A DNA stretch of 64,000 bases from NCBI GenBank assembly GCA_034417895.1, contig DAOULT010000092.1, positions 3,220 to 67,219 of the forward strand, given 5' to 3'. This stretch comes from Anaerolineae bacterium (GTDB taxonomy: Bacteria > Chloroflexota > Anaerolineae > CAZYHC01). The notes beneath the pieces are model-generated. The model ran no database searches. It was not told where the DNA came from and worked only from the letters and a program-made list of their open reading frames with translations. The position numbers and the translations under genes are program-made. Of this stretch, positions 45,338 to 55,361 are shown piece by piece; position 1 is the stretch's first letter, and each line of letters starts with the position of its first letter.

Positions 45338-46140
45338 TATCCCACCATCCTTTTGCCCGATTCGAGGGCGATAGTAATGATCAGGCTCACAATCCCACCT
45401 TTGTGCCTGTTGATCTGTTCCACGATCTTGTCGCTCCAGCCTTCTTTTTTAGCCACTTGTTTAAGGTCGTCTTTGATTTCATCCTCCGGCCTGTTTGCCT
45501 TGACTTTTTCCAGAGCGTCGTCCAGCTCTTCCACCCCCCTATCTCTCAATAACATCTGGATGTCAGTGATCAGGCTTTTTCTTTCGGCGTTACGGCTCTC
45601 CAGCAAACGGAAATACTGGCTGCTTTCGAGATCGCCGCTTTTCCACTTTTCTTCCAACTGCCCTAGAGTCTGCTCTAGCGCCCACATCTGGGCCTGCATG
45701 TCCCTCAGTTGTTTTTCCGATCTGACCATAGTTTCCTCTTCCTCCTTTTTAGCTTTGCTCAAAGCCTGCCTGACCGTATCCCCGAAGGTATGGACGGAGA
45801 AACGACTCTTTTCGATGTAGTCGAAGACGTTGAAACATTTGAAGGCGTCCACCGCCGACTGGATGGAGGCCTCGCCAGTGATAACAATACAAGGTATCCC
45901 TTTGCAATGCCTGACCAGGTATTGAAGCAGCATCTCCCCTTCGGCCACCGGGGTGAAGCCTGCCAGATAACGGTCGATCAATATTAGATGGAAGGCGATT
46001 TCACTTTCCAGCGCCGCACGGGCTTCGTCATAACTTTCGGCGACCTGAACCCGGCAGCCCTCGATTTCGAGAGCGTTTCTCAGGATTGCCTGCCAGGTCT
46101 CATCATCCTCCACCACCAGGGCCTTGAAATATCCTTTCAC
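45337..46140 (-). CDS. receiver-domain protein with C-terminal coiled-coil output
   Basis: ALVVEDDETWQ...LILIDRYL receiver followed by a heptad-rich segment. Confidence 0.65.
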   Translation of the reverse strand: MKGYFKALVVEDDETWQAILRNALEIEGCRVQVAESYDEARAALESEIAFHLILIDRYLAGFTPVAEGEMLLQYLVRHCKGIPCIVITGEASIQSAVDAFKCFNVFDYIEKSRFSVHTFGDTVRQALSKAKKEEEETMVRSEKQLRDMQAQMWALEQTLGQLEEKWKSGDLESSQYFRLLESRNAERKSLITDIQMLLRDRGVEELDDALEKVKANRPEDEIKDDLKQVAKKEGWSDKIVEQINRHKGGIVSLIITIALESGKRMVG

Positions 46141-47348
46141 CTGTCTCCTCTCCCCTGTTGCTCCTGCCGATAGAGCGCCTCCAGCGCCTGCACCATATCA
46201 GTGGCGCTTTGGTACCGGCCCTCAGGGTTTTTAGCCAGGGCGGTCAAGATCACGGACTCCACCCCTTCAGGCAAGGCGGAGTTGAAGTCACGCGGAGGTA
46301 GAGGAGGCCCGTCGGCCAGTTTTTGCATAGGCTCCTCGAACGGCAGGCAGCCGGTCACCATTTCGTAGAGCACTACGCCCACAGAGTAGATATCGGCTCT
46401 ATGATCGACGTGCTTGCTGCTGATGATCTGCTCAGGAGCCATGTAAGCCAAGGTGCCCACCATTTCGCTGGTCATGGTCAATGAGGTGTCTCGCCTCTTG
46501 GCGATGCCGAAATCGGTGACTTTTACCCGGTCACCCGGCAACAACATGATATTCGAGGGCTTGATATCCCTGTGTATCACGTTCTGGCTGTGAGCGTAGT
46601 CAAGGGCCTCGCCTATCTGGGAGGCAATACCCAATGCTCGCTCCAGGGATAGAGTTCTTTCCACCGCTAATAGACTGGCCAGGGTCTGGCCCTTCAGGTA
46701 CTCCATAACGATGAACGATTTTTGTTCGCTTTCGACGCTGTTACAATAGTCGTAAACGATGACGATGTTAGGATGTTTGAGGCGCTTGACCTCAACTTCC
46801 ATGGCAAAGCGTCTCATCTGCCTGCGCATGGCCTCTTCGGTCAAGCCAGAGGGACAATAAAACACCTTCAGAGCCACCAGGCGGCCCTGGGGATCTCGGG
46901 CCTCGTAAACCACGCTCGTTGCCCCGCGCCCGATCTCGTTGAGAATTTTATAACCGTTGATGTGAAAGGCTCTGTCGATGATTTTTCTGAACTGCGCTGG
47001 ATCGAAAGTGACCTTTTGTACGAAATCGAAGACCTCGTATTCCTTAAAGTAATTTCTGACATCGGTCATAGTGACCTCGGGGTCGCCCGTGACGACTACA
47101 CATTTCGCCTCCCGGTGATGTTGACAGATGTAGCACAGCAGCTTCTCTCCCCTGGAGCCGGGCAACCCGATGTCCACTGTGACCAGATGAAAAGGTCTCT
47201 CCTTTTCCTTAGCGGCATCGAGGATGGCCTTAGCCTCAGTGGAATCGGAGGCAACTGTAACCTGGTACTCGCTCTGAAGAGGTTCACGTAAAAGCTCCTG
47301 CCACAGTGGCTCATCCTCTATAATCAAGATTCTGCCCATCTCCTCCAT
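46137..47348 (-). CDS. response-regulator receiver fused to a Hanks-type Ser/Thr protein kinase
   Basis: ILIIEDEP...LVTVDIGLPG receiver. Kinase motifs GRGATSVVY, VALK, HRDIKPSNIML, DFGIA and GTLAYMAPE. Confidence 0.8.
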   Translation of the reverse strand: MEEMGRILIIEDEPLWQELLREPLQSEYQVTVASDSTEAKAILDAAKEKERPFHLVTVDIGLPGSRGEKLLCYICQHHREAKCVVVTGDPEVTMTDVRNYFKEYEVFDFVQKVTFDPAQFRKIIDRAFHINGYKILNEIGRGATSVVYEARDPQGRLVALKVFYCPSGLTEEAMRRQMRRFAMEVEVKRLKHPNIVIVYDYCNSVESEQKSFIVMEYLKGQTLASLLAVERTLSLERALGIASQIGEALDYAHSQNVIHRDIKPSNIMLLPGDRVKVTDFGIAKRRDTSLTMTSEMVGTLAYMAPEQIISSKHVDHRADIYSVGVVLYEMVTGCLPFEEPMQKLADGPPLPPRDFNSALPEGVESVILTALAKNPEGRYQSATDMVQALEALYRQEQQGRGDR

Positions 47349-47444
47349 AAGATCATCTCCTCCATTGGCGATGTGTTCACCTCATGGGACCAGATTGCAA
47401 TGGCTCGTCTGCGCCCTCCCTGCGGGGGTGGTGGCCTCTCTGCT

Positions 47445-47855
47445 CTATTCCATGAACTCGGCCAGAGCCTCTTTTACGGCTCTGACGAAATCACGGATGT
47501 CGAATCTATCCTTTCTAATGATCGCAAAAGGGGCGTATTTGATTTCCAAGTCTCTTAACTTTTCGGGGTGTTGTAAAACGGTTGGACTGCCGCTGACCAG
47601 CACGGATTGTACTCGCTGACCACGTTCCTTGATCTTATCGAGGACGAGTAGACCGTTCATGTTCCCCGGTACGTCAGTCAGATTGATATCGACCACGGCC
47701 AGATCGAAGGGCTCCTCCTCCAGAAGAGCCATAGCCTCGTCACAAGAGGCAGCGGTGTACACCACGTAGCCCTGTTTTTCCAGTTCATACCGGAAGGTAT
47801 CTTCCCGCCAAAACTCTTCATCTTCCACTACCATGACTCTGGCTTGTCTGTTCAT
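47445..47855 (-). CDS. single-domain response regulator (receiver only)
   Basis: VMVVEDEEFW...LAVVDINL. Confidence 0.75.
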   Translation of the reverse strand: MNRQARVMVVEDEEFWREDTFRYELEKQGYVVYTAASCDEAMALLEEEPFDLAVVDINLTDVPGNMNGLLVLDKIKERGQRVQSVLVSGSPTVLQHPEKLRDLEIKYAPFAIIRKDRFDIRDFVRAVKEALAEFME

Positions 47856-50800
47856 GATTGCACTCCCTTTTCAGTTATTCCTTGCCGCTCACCTCCAGGC
47901 TTGCCGGCGGTTGGGGATAAAGGCTCTTGCCACGGGGGCAGCCTGACCTTAAACTTGCAACCGGAGCCGATGCCCTGGTCCAACTTGATGGTTCCTTCCA
48001 GCTTTTGCACGAAGGTTTTCGACCACCACAGCCCAAAGCCCAAACCCTTCTGCCCAGGTTTGCTGGTAACTCCCAATTCGAACAACACGTCGCGGATTTC
48101 ATCGGGGATGCCCGGCCCGGAGTCGATGACGGCTATCTCTATCCACTGCCCTTCCATCCAACCGGTCACGCGCAGGATGCTCTCCCCTGTCATGTCCTCC
48201 ATCGCCTCCAGGGCGTTTTTAATCAGGTTGTAAAACACCTCGCTAAGTTGTTGGGTAGCCTTGACCGGGGGCAGGTCAGGGGCGAAATCCACCTCGAACC
48301 TGACTTTGGCCGGTACGTCTAAATTCTCCAGGGCCGTCTCTAGAGTCTGCTTAACGTCTATTTTTTCCTTCTTGATCGACTGGAAGGGGGTTCTGATCCG
48401 TTGCGCCGTTTCCAGGGTTCTATCGGCGCTCTCCAGTATCTTATTCAGCCTGTTTTTCAGGAATTGATCGCTCAGCTTGCCTTCCTCCTGACTGAGCCTG
48501 ATCTGCTGCACCAGCACCCGGATAGCGCCCACGGTGTTGTTGATGCGGTGCACCATGTTGCTGGCGATGTCGCCCATGGCGGCGATCCTCTCCGCTCTGA
48601 TCTTGGCCTCGCGTTCGGCCACCAACTGTTCAAAACGTTGGGCGTTCTGGATGGCGAGCACCGCCTGACTGGCTAACGCTTCGAGTAGCCTTTGGTCGTT
48701 CTCGTTGAAGGCGTCCGGCTCAGTACTCTCCAGGTTGATGACGCCCATCGGGTTGCGACCTTCCCCCGCCAGAATGGGCACGGTCAGCTTGGCTCTCATG
48801 TCAGGGTCGAGGCCCTCATAAAAAGTCCCGCCGGGTATTTTGGCGATATCTGGAATGAGAACGGATTTGCCCTCTCGGATCACCCAACTGGTGATCCTTT
48901 CTTCCGTTTCCGTGAGGCGAGTTCTGCCCAGCAGCATTGTCTCTTTCTTTCTCCCCCGACTCGCTTCGGATATCACTTTTCTCGTGGTCTCGTCAATGAC
49001 CCTGATACTGCCAAAAGTAGCCTTGGTGATTATCCTCAACGCTCCTTCCAATATTTTGTTCAGCACCGTTTCCAGCTCAAGCGTAGAACTGATGATGCGG
49101 TCGATCTCCCGCAACTCCTCCAACTCTCCAACCGTTCTTTGCAGCTCGTAATTCGTCTGAGCCAGGTCTTGACTGACGCGCTCGAAAAGGCGGGCGTGTT
49201 GGATGGCGATGGCCGCTTGATCGGCAAAAATCCTCAGCACCCTTATCTCGTCATCGGTGAACCAGTGGGAGGTGCGGAAATTGACGGACAGGATGCCCAG
49301 CGGTTTCTCCCCTGCTTCCAGGAGAAGCCTCGCGCAGGCTTTAATTTCTTCTCTTTCGATGAAAGGACTGTTTAGCATCTCCGGTTCTTCTTCCTCGATG
49401 TTGCTTCTGATCAACAGCCCCTCTCTTTTGACGTAAGCGGCTATGTCCTCTGATGAGGCGCGAGGGTTGCTGGAGAGTTCGAGATCGTGCCAGGTGCCGA
49501 AAGCAGCCACGTTGTCCACGTCGAAGAACCCTTCTCTATCAGGATCATAGGGGTAGACCACCGAGCAATCGGCCCCCACTACCATACAGGCGCCCTCCAC
49601 GATCCCTTTCAGCACCTCCAGCGGCTTTTCCGTGACGGACTTCACAATGGTCTGGCCTATGTCCAGGAGGAGTTCCATCTCCTGCCCCCGTTGACTTTCG
49701 GCCCTGAATAACCTGGCATTCTCGATGGCGATGGCTACCGAAGCCGCCACCGCGCTTAGAAGCCCTTTATCTTCTTCGGTGAACTTCCCCTCCAACTTGT
49801 TCACCAGCTCGATCACCCCGATGACTTCGTTCCTGGCCTTCAGGGGGACGCACAGGAGCGATTTGGTAACAAAGCCTGTGATTTCATCGATCTTCTTGTA
49901 CCATCTGGGGTCGTTTTGAGCATCCAGGACGGTGAGAGGCTCACCCGTCTCCGCCACCAAACCAACGATCCCTTTCCCAAACGGCATCCTTTCGACACTC
50001 TCTTTCCTGAGTTCATCCGATAGGGTCACCCGGAAGGCCAGTTCACGCGCCCCTGGGCCAGAAAGCTCGTCCACCAACAGGATAGAACCGGCTTCCACAT
50101 CCACCACCCGCTTCAACTGATCAAGGATGGCTTCCAGCACCTCGTCCAGTTCCAGGCTGGAGCTAACCACCTTGCCCATCTCCAACAGGGTATCCGCCAC
50201 CTGCCTGCGGGTTTGTTCCAGGGTGTAAAGCTGAGCGTTTTGGATGGCGATGGCCGCCTGATTGGCGAAAGTGGTCACGATCCGCTCGTCGTCAGGGGTG
50301 AAAGCCCGCAGCTCCCGGCTGTCAATAGTGAGGGCCCCAATCCCTTTCCCGCCAATGGTCAGGGGAGCCACCAGGAGAGATTTGAAAGAGGCGCTGGGAT
50401 CCAGGGTGACAAAACGCCGGTCATTACTCACGTCCGGCACGTAGATGGTCTCGTTCCTCTGAAGGGCCTGGCCGGCGATCCCTTCTCCCACCGCCATCGC
50501 CCCGGCCCTGGAATCTACAAACCGCTTCTTGGAAGAAGCCATTGGCCTCAGCTTTCCACTTGACTCGTCCAGCAGGTGCAGAAACACTTTGTTGGCGTGG
50601 GGGAAGATCTTCATTAAGGACTGGACAATAACCTGGAGCAGTTCTTCCAGCGGTAAGAGGGTGGTCATCTCTTTGCCCAGCTCGAGCAGGGCCATGCTCT
50701 CTGTGAAGCGGCGTTCTGTCTCTTTGAATAATCGGGCATTCTCCACGATGGCGGCGGCCTGGTTGGCGAAGATACACAAAAGATGAGCATCTTCCTCGTT

Positions 50801-52162
50801 GAAGGGAGAGCCATCCAGTTTGTTAGAAGCCTGCACCACTCCGATGCGGCGATTGCTCACGGTCATGAGCGCAAACAGCGTGGCCTGCACCCCGGTCAGC
50901 AGGGCCAGGTCCGAGAGCCCCACCTCAGCTACCAGCGGATCGTTCAGGACATCGTTGCAGATGAAATACTCTTCTTCCTGCCAGATGCGCCAGAACTCGC
51001 TGTCTTTGGGTATCGGGATGCGGTAGGAATGAATCACCTCCTCCGGCACACCGTAGAAGGGGAGGCGGCTGACCAGGGCGTTCTCCTCTTCGTCGTAGAG
51101 GAGGACGCCGCACATCTCCACGCCGGTCAGGATGCCGATGCGTTCCGTGAGATGTTCGTAAACCTGGCGGATGTCGGTCAGGGCGCTCATAGCCTGGGAA
51201 ATCTGGTGCAGACCGGCCAGTTCTTCGGTTTGTCGCCGTTCCTCTTCGTAAAGCCGGGCATTGTCGATGGCGATGGCGGCGTAATCGGCCAGGGCCGAGA
51301 GCAAATACTCATCGTTCTCGGTGAAGGCTTTGTCAACCAGGAGATTGTCCACCGAGAGCACACCGATGACTTTATCCTGCACTTTCAGAGGCACGGTCAA
51401 TAAGGACTTGACCAGGTAGCCGGTCTTGACCTTGAGCTTCTTTTCGTCGCTGGTGGCGATCAAAATCGGCTCGCCCGTCTTGACTACCTGCCCGGCGATG
51501 CTGTTTTCCACTCTGAGCCGTAACCCATGCGCATATTGTTCCCCCAGGCCCCTGGCCGCCCGCAGGTAGAGTTCATTCGACTCTTCGTCAACCAGGAACA
51601 AAGAGCCTTCTTCGGCCCCGGTGATGTACACCCCGGCCTCCACGATGCGATTGAGCACTTTTTCCAGGTCGAGCAAAGAGGTTACCGATTTGCCAATACC
51701 GTACAGGATGTTTAACTCTTTTACCCGGCGCTCCAGTTTTGCGTTGGCCCGTACTATCCCCTGTGACAACTGGCTTTTTTCCTGCCTGAGCCGGGTCTCG
51801 GTCAAAGCCTTTTCGATAGCCTCCAACATCTCCTCTATCTCGTAGGGCTTGATCAGGTAGTCTTTGGCCCCCAGCCGAAAGGCCTGCACCGCCGTCTCCT
51901 CAGAGCCGTGCAAAGTCATCAAGATGACGGGGATGTTGCTATTCCGTTCATGTAGAGCACTCAGGATCTCCAGGCCGGTCATCCTGGGCATCCTCAAGTC
52001 CATGATGATCAGGTCTGGTTTCTCCTCCAGGGCCTTCTGAAAACCCTCCTCCCCGTCCCCGGCGGTGATAAAGGAATAGCCATTAGGACGCAGAATGTAT
52101 TCTGTTAAAAACTGAAGGCTATCTGGCTTATCGTCTATGACCAATACTTTCTCTCCGGCCAC
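47852..52162 (-). CDS. hybrid sensor histidine kinase: N-terminal receiver, ~6 tandem GAF domains, HisKA + HATPase_c
   Basis: VLVIDDKPD receiver. Six repeats ending in AIAI(E/D/Q)NARL(Y/F). H-box MVHRINNTVGAIRV. ATPase G-boxes DSGPGIP...GLGFGL. The ORF track starts at a TTG at 52219; a GTG at 52162 preceded by GAGGAGGG is the more likely start. Confidence 0.8.
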   Translation of the reverse strand: MAGEKVLVIDDKPDSLQFLTEYILRPNGYSFITAGDGEEGFQKALEEKPDLIIMDLRMPRMTGLEILSALHERNSNIPVILMTLHGSEETAVQAFRLGAKDYLIKPYEIEEMLEAIEKALTETRLRQEKSQLSQGIVRANAKLERRVKELNILYGIGKSVTSLLDLEKVLNRIVEAGVYITGAEEGSLFLVDEESNELYLRAARGLGEQYAHGLRLRVENSIAGQVVKTGEPILIATSDEKKLKVKTGYLVKSLLTVPLKVQDKVIGVLSVDNLLVDKAFTENDEYLLSALADYAAIAIDNARLYEEERRQTEELAGLHQISQAMSALTDIRQVYEHLTERIGILTGVEMCGVLLYDEEENALVSRLPFYGVPEEVIHSYRIPIPKDSEFWRIWQEEEYFICNDVLNDPLVAEVGLSDLALLTGVQATLFALMTVSNRRIGVVQASNKLDGSPFNEEDAHLLCIFANQAAAIVENARLFKETERRFTESMALLELGKEMTTLLPLEELLQVIVQSLMKIFPHANKVFLHLLDESSGKLRPMASSKKRFVDSRAGAMAVGEGIAGQALQRNETIYVPDVSNDRRFVTLDPSASFKSLLVAPLTIGGKGIGALTIDSRELRAFTPDDERIVTTFANQAAIAIQNAQLYTLEQTRRQVADTLLEMGKVVSSSLELDEVLEAILDQLKRVVDVEAGSILLVDELSGPGARELAFRVTLSDELRKESVERMPFGKGIVGLVAETGEPLTVLDAQNDPRWYKKIDEITGFVTKSLLCVPLKARNEVIGVIELVNKLEGKFTEEDKGLLSAVAASVAIAIENARLFRAESQRGQEMELLLDIGQTIVKSVTEKPLEVLKGIVEGACMVVGADCSVVYPYDPDREGFFDVDNVAAFGTWHDLELSSNPRASSEDIAAYVKREGLLIRSNIEEEEPEMLNSPFIEREEIKACARLLLEAGEKPLGILSVNFRTSHWFTDDEIRVLRIFADQAAIAIQHARLFERVSQDLAQTNYELQRTVGELEELREIDRIISSTLELETVLNKILEGALRIITKATFGSIRVIDETTRKVISEASRGRKKETMLLGRTRLTETEERITSWVIREGKSVLIPDIAKIPGGTFYEGLDPDMRAKLTVPILAGEGRNPMGVINLESTEPDAFNENDQRLLEALASQAVLAIQNAQRFEQLVAEREAKIRAERIAAMGDIASNMVHRINNTVGAIRVLVQQIRLSQEEGKLSDQFLKNRLNKILESADRTLETAQRIRTPFQSIKKEKIDVKQTLETALENLDVPAKVRFEVDFAPDLPPVKATQQLSEVFYNLIKNALEAMEDMTGESILRVTGWMEGQWIEIAVIDSGPGIPDEIRDVLFELGVTSKPGQKGLGFGLWWSKTFVQKLEGTIKLDQGIGSGCKFKVRLPPWQEPLSPTAGKPGGERQGITEKGVQS

Positions 52163-52575
52163 AGGAACCCTCCTCTCCCACCGCCCGTCGCCTTGCAGGA
52201 AAAACAAAATACCCACCAAGGTGCTCTGGCTTGCCCTCGGCGGGCTTTTATGCTATACTTCAACTCGCCGGGGTGTCCATCCCACCCTGGCCGCTGCCTC
52301 GCCGGCGGGCGGAACCAGGCGAGGCTTTATTATTTAGGGTGACAATAAGGTATCTTCAAACCTTCCTCACTATATTATACCACATTTCCCTACCCTCCTG
52401 CAACTCTCAACAAAAGGGGGAGACTATCAGTGACAGCACAACCGCACCTTGAGCACATAGAATTTCCAGGCCAGGGCTTCCTCATAAATCGTCAAAACGC
52501 TTCATAATCATTGCGCCAGGGCGAAAACCATGATATAATAGTGGCCGAAGGAACCACGTCTTGAGGAGCAGAGCC

Positions 52576-53700
52576 TTGAAGCTGGACGCGCAGGTAAGCG
52601 AAGCAGCAGTTCTCGGTGGGGCAGTTCTGGGCGGCGGTGGCGGCGGCCTGATAGAAGAAGGTTTGAGGCTGGCGGAACTGGCCCTGAAGTTGGGCGACCC
52701 CTGCCTGGTGGACATAGAAGAGCTTGACGAAAAGGACATTTTGCTAACCGTCTCAGCGGTCGGGGCGCCGGCGGCTCAAGAGCAGTACGTGAGGGCCAGG
52801 CACTACCTGCGGGTGATAGAACTGCTCCAGGGCCACACCGGCCTGGAGATCAAGGGCCTCGTCAGCAGCGAAAACGGGGCGCTGAGCACGGTTAATGGCT
52901 GGCTGCAATCCGCTTTGTTGGGCATTCCGGTGGTCGATGCTCCTTGCGATGGCCGGGCCCACCCCACCGGGCTGATGGGATCGATGGGCCTGCAATGGCT
53001 CGAAGGTTACGTCTCGCCTCAGGCCGCCGTGGGCGGGAAACATTACCTGGAAATCTTCGCCCGTGGGCCGCTGGCAGACGTGGCCGACCTGGTGCGGCGA
53101 GCGGCAGTGCGGGCCGGAGGAATGGTGGCCGTAGCCAGAAATCCAATTCCCGTGAGTTATGTAAAGCAGCACGGCGCGCCCGGGGCCATAAAACAGGCTA
53201 TCGAAATCGGCCACAATCTCCTGGCCCACCGCGAGCAGGGCGGCAAAAAGGTGGCCGCCAGGGTAGCCGAAGGTCTGGGCGGCGCAGTAGCGGCTCACGG
53301 GGCAGTGCAAAAACTGACCCTGAGCACCGAGGGCGGCTTTGACCGGGGAGAGGTGCTGCTCGACACCGGCGAAGGACAAAACAGCGAACGGGTTGAGCTG
53401 ACCTTCTGGAACGAGTACATGACCCTGGAAGTCGAAGGGCAGCGGGTGGCAACTTTCCCCGACCTGATCGCCACCCTCGACGAAAATGGAACGCCTGTAG
53501 CCAGCGCCGAAATCGCACAGGGGGAGCGGCTATACGTCATTTGGGTTCCCAAAGAAAACCTGATCCTGGGGGCCGGGCTGAAAGATGTCCAGGGATACCG
53601 TCAGATCGAAAGCGTCATCGGGCGGGAGATGATCGCCTACCTGAAAGGATGGGATGAGCTTGCTGAAACAAGTGCTGGAGATTCACGACCTGCTCGATAG
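52576..53700 (+). CDS. conserved protein of unknown function, DUF917-like (Gly-rich N-terminus; hydantoinase-associated family)
   Basis: LGGAVLGGGGGGLIEEG glycine-rich block near the N-terminus. Start proposed at TTG 52576, after a GAGGAG RBS. The family call is from memory. Confidence 0.45.
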   Translation: MKLDAQVSEAAVLGGAVLGGGGGGLIEEGLRLAELALKLGDPCLVDIEELDEKDILLTVSAVGAPAAQEQYVRARHYLRVIELLQGHTGLEIKGLVSSENGALSTVNGWLQSALLGIPVVDAPCDGRAHPTGLMGSMGLQWLEGYVSPQAAVGGKHYLEIFARGPLADVADLVRRAAVRAGGMVAVARNPIPVSYVKQHGAPGAIKQAIEIGHNLLAHREQGGKKVAARVAEGLGGAVAAHGAVQKLTLSTEGGFDRGEVLLDTGEGQNSERVELTFWNEYMTLEVEGQRVATFPDLIATLDENGTPVASAEIAQGERLYVIWVPKENLILGAGLKDVQGYRQIESVIGREMIAYLKGWDELAETSAGDSRPAR

Positions 53701-54583
53701 CGCCACGGTGAACGGCCAGGCTGTAGCCGATTTTTTGCGCTCCAGAGGACTGGCCGAGGTCAACACCGAAACGATCAGCGGGGAAAAAGGCCGCACCGAT
53801 TTTATCCGCATCCGCGTGCCGGGGCTTGACGATGGAGCGCCGGCGCTGGGGATCGTAGGGCGGCTGGGCGGCATCGGAGCCAGGCCGCAGCGGATTGGCC
53901 TGGTCTCGGACGCCGAGGGAGCGATTGCCGCCCTGGCCTGCGCTCTCAAGCTGGCCGACATGCAGGCCGGCGGCGACCGCCTGCCGGGCGACGTGCTCAT
54001 CGCCACCCACGTCTGTCCCCACGCCCCTACCGAACCGCACGAGCCTGTGCCCTTCATGGGTTCTCCGGTCGATATGGCGACCATGAACCGCTACGAAGTG
54101 AGGGCCGAGATGGCCGCCATCCTGTCCATCGACACCACCAGAGGCAACCGGGTCATCAACTACAAAGGCTTCGCCATCTCTCCCACCGTCAAGGAGGGAT
54201 ACATCCTTAAAGTAAGCGACGACCTGCTGGATATCATGGAGAGGGTCACGGGCGCTTTGCCGGTGGTCCTGCCCATTACCACCCAGGACATTACCCCCTA
54301 TGGAAACGGACTCTATCACCTGAATAGCATCATGCAGCCCGCAGTGGCTACCACCAGCCCGGTGGTAGGCGTAGCCATCACCGCCGAAGTTGCGGTGCCT
54401 GGCTGTGGCACAGGGGCTAACCAGGAGGTGGACGTCGAACTGGCCGCCCGCTTCTGCCTGGAAGTAGCCAAAGATTTCGGCGCGGGCCGGGCCAGTTTCT
54501 ACGACGAAGACGAATTCGCCAGGATGGTGGAACTTTACGGTTCGATGCAAGTGTTGCAAACCTTTGGGAGAGAGCACAGGTGA
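53654..54583 (+). CDS. conserved protein of unknown function, DUF1177-like
   Basis: Co-operonic with DUF917-like and AroM genes, with overlapping stop/start codons. The family call is tentative. Confidence 0.4.
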   Translation: MSLLKQVLEIHDLLDSATVNGQAVADFLRSRGLAEVNTETISGEKGRTDFIRIRVPGLDDGAPALGIVGRLGGIGARPQRIGLVSDAEGAIAALACALKLADMQAGGDRLPGDVLIATHVCPHAPTEPHEPVPFMGSPVDMATMNRYEVRAEMAAILSIDTTRGNRVINYKGFAISPTVKEGYILKVSDDLLDIMERVTGALPVVLPITTQDITPYGNGLYHLNSIMQPAVATTSPVVGVAITAEVAVPGCGTGANQEVDVELAARFCLEVAKDFGAGRASFYDEDEFARMVELYGSMQVLQTFGREHR

Positions 54584-55266
54584 AAATTAGACCCAGAGTT
54601 GGTTTTGTGACCATCGGACAAAGCCCCCGCACGGACGTGATGGCCGATATTGCCCCCCTGCTTGCGGATATCGAAATCCTGGAAGCGGGGGCGCTGGACG
54701 ACGTAACCGACCTGGCGGCGCTGGCCCCAACCGCCGGACCAGAGGAGAACGTGCTGGTCAGCCGTCTGCGGGACGGCTCGCAGGTAATTCTGGGCGAGAG
54801 CAAAATCGTCCCCCTGGTGCAGGAGCGCGTACAGGCCGTAATCCAGGAAGGCGCCCGGCTGGTGGTGTTGCTCTGCACCGGCCATTTTCCCGAACTTAAC
54901 AACGAACTTCAACCTCAACAAACCGTTCCCCTCCTCTTTCCCGACCGCCTCCTATATCACTTTGTGCGCGCTGTGCTACCACAGGAGGCTAAGCTGGGCG
55001 TCCTGGTTCCCCTGCCGGAACAGGTAGAGTGGAGCGCAGAACGCTGGCAGACGGTGGCCGAAGACGTGCGCATCGTCAGCCTGTCTCCCTATACCGCTTT
55101 TGAGACGGGTCTCCACCAGACCGGGCAGCTCTCAGATCGCCGCCTGATCGTCATGGATTGTATGGGCTACACTCGGCAGCATAAAGAGGCGGTCAGGCAG
55201 GTAGCAGGTTGCCCGGTGATCCTGCCCAGAACTCTGGTCGCCAGAGCGGTGCAGGAACTAATTTAG
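54580..55266 (+). CDS. AroM-family protein (Asp/Glu/hydantoin-racemase-like fold)
   Basis: The VGFVTIGQSPRTDV N-terminus and C-terminal RLIVMDCMGYTRQHKEAVRQVAGCPVILPRTLVARAVQELI align with the E. coli AroM C-terminus (VIMLDCLGFHQRH...PVLLSNVLIARLAAELL). Confidence 0.65.
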   Translation: MKIRPRVGFVTIGQSPRTDVMADIAPLLADIEILEAGALDDVTDLAALAPTAGPEENVLVSRLRDGSQVILGESKIVPLVQERVQAVIQEGARLVVLLCTGHFPELNNELQPQQTVPLLFPDRLLYHFVRAVLPQEAKLGVLVPLPEQVEWSAERWQTVAEDVRIVSLSPYTAFETGLHQTGQLSDRRLIVMDCMGYTRQHKEAVRQVAGCPVILPRTLVARAVQELI

Positions 55267-55349
55267 TAACCACAAAGGACACCAAGAGCGCAAAGTATAA
55301 AATCTTTGTATCCTTCGTGTTCCTTGTGCTCTTGGTGGTTATATTTTGA
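55265..55349. repeat. short repeat family P3 (CTTTGTGCTCTTGGTGGTTATA core) with partial dyad symmetry
   Basis: Related copies occur at 4886-4920 and 8329-8370. Confidence 0.5.
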
Positions 55350-55361
55350 AAGGAGAAGCAA

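Noticed and set aside
48600-51400. Regularly spaced ~500-bp DNA periodicity that looks array-like (possible CRISPR or tandem repeat)
   Set aside because: The repeated units are coding and diverged. They correspond to the six GAF domains (…AIAIENARL…) of the hybrid histidine kinase. There are no short identical direct repeats with unique spacers.
52240-52340. GC-rich dyads (gccctcggcgggc / cctcgccggcgggc) upstream of the giant kinase, considered as a riboswitch or structured leader
   Set aside because: I could recognise no known riboswitch consensus by eye. It may simply be a stem-loop or terminator of the divergent unit. It is left unannotated.
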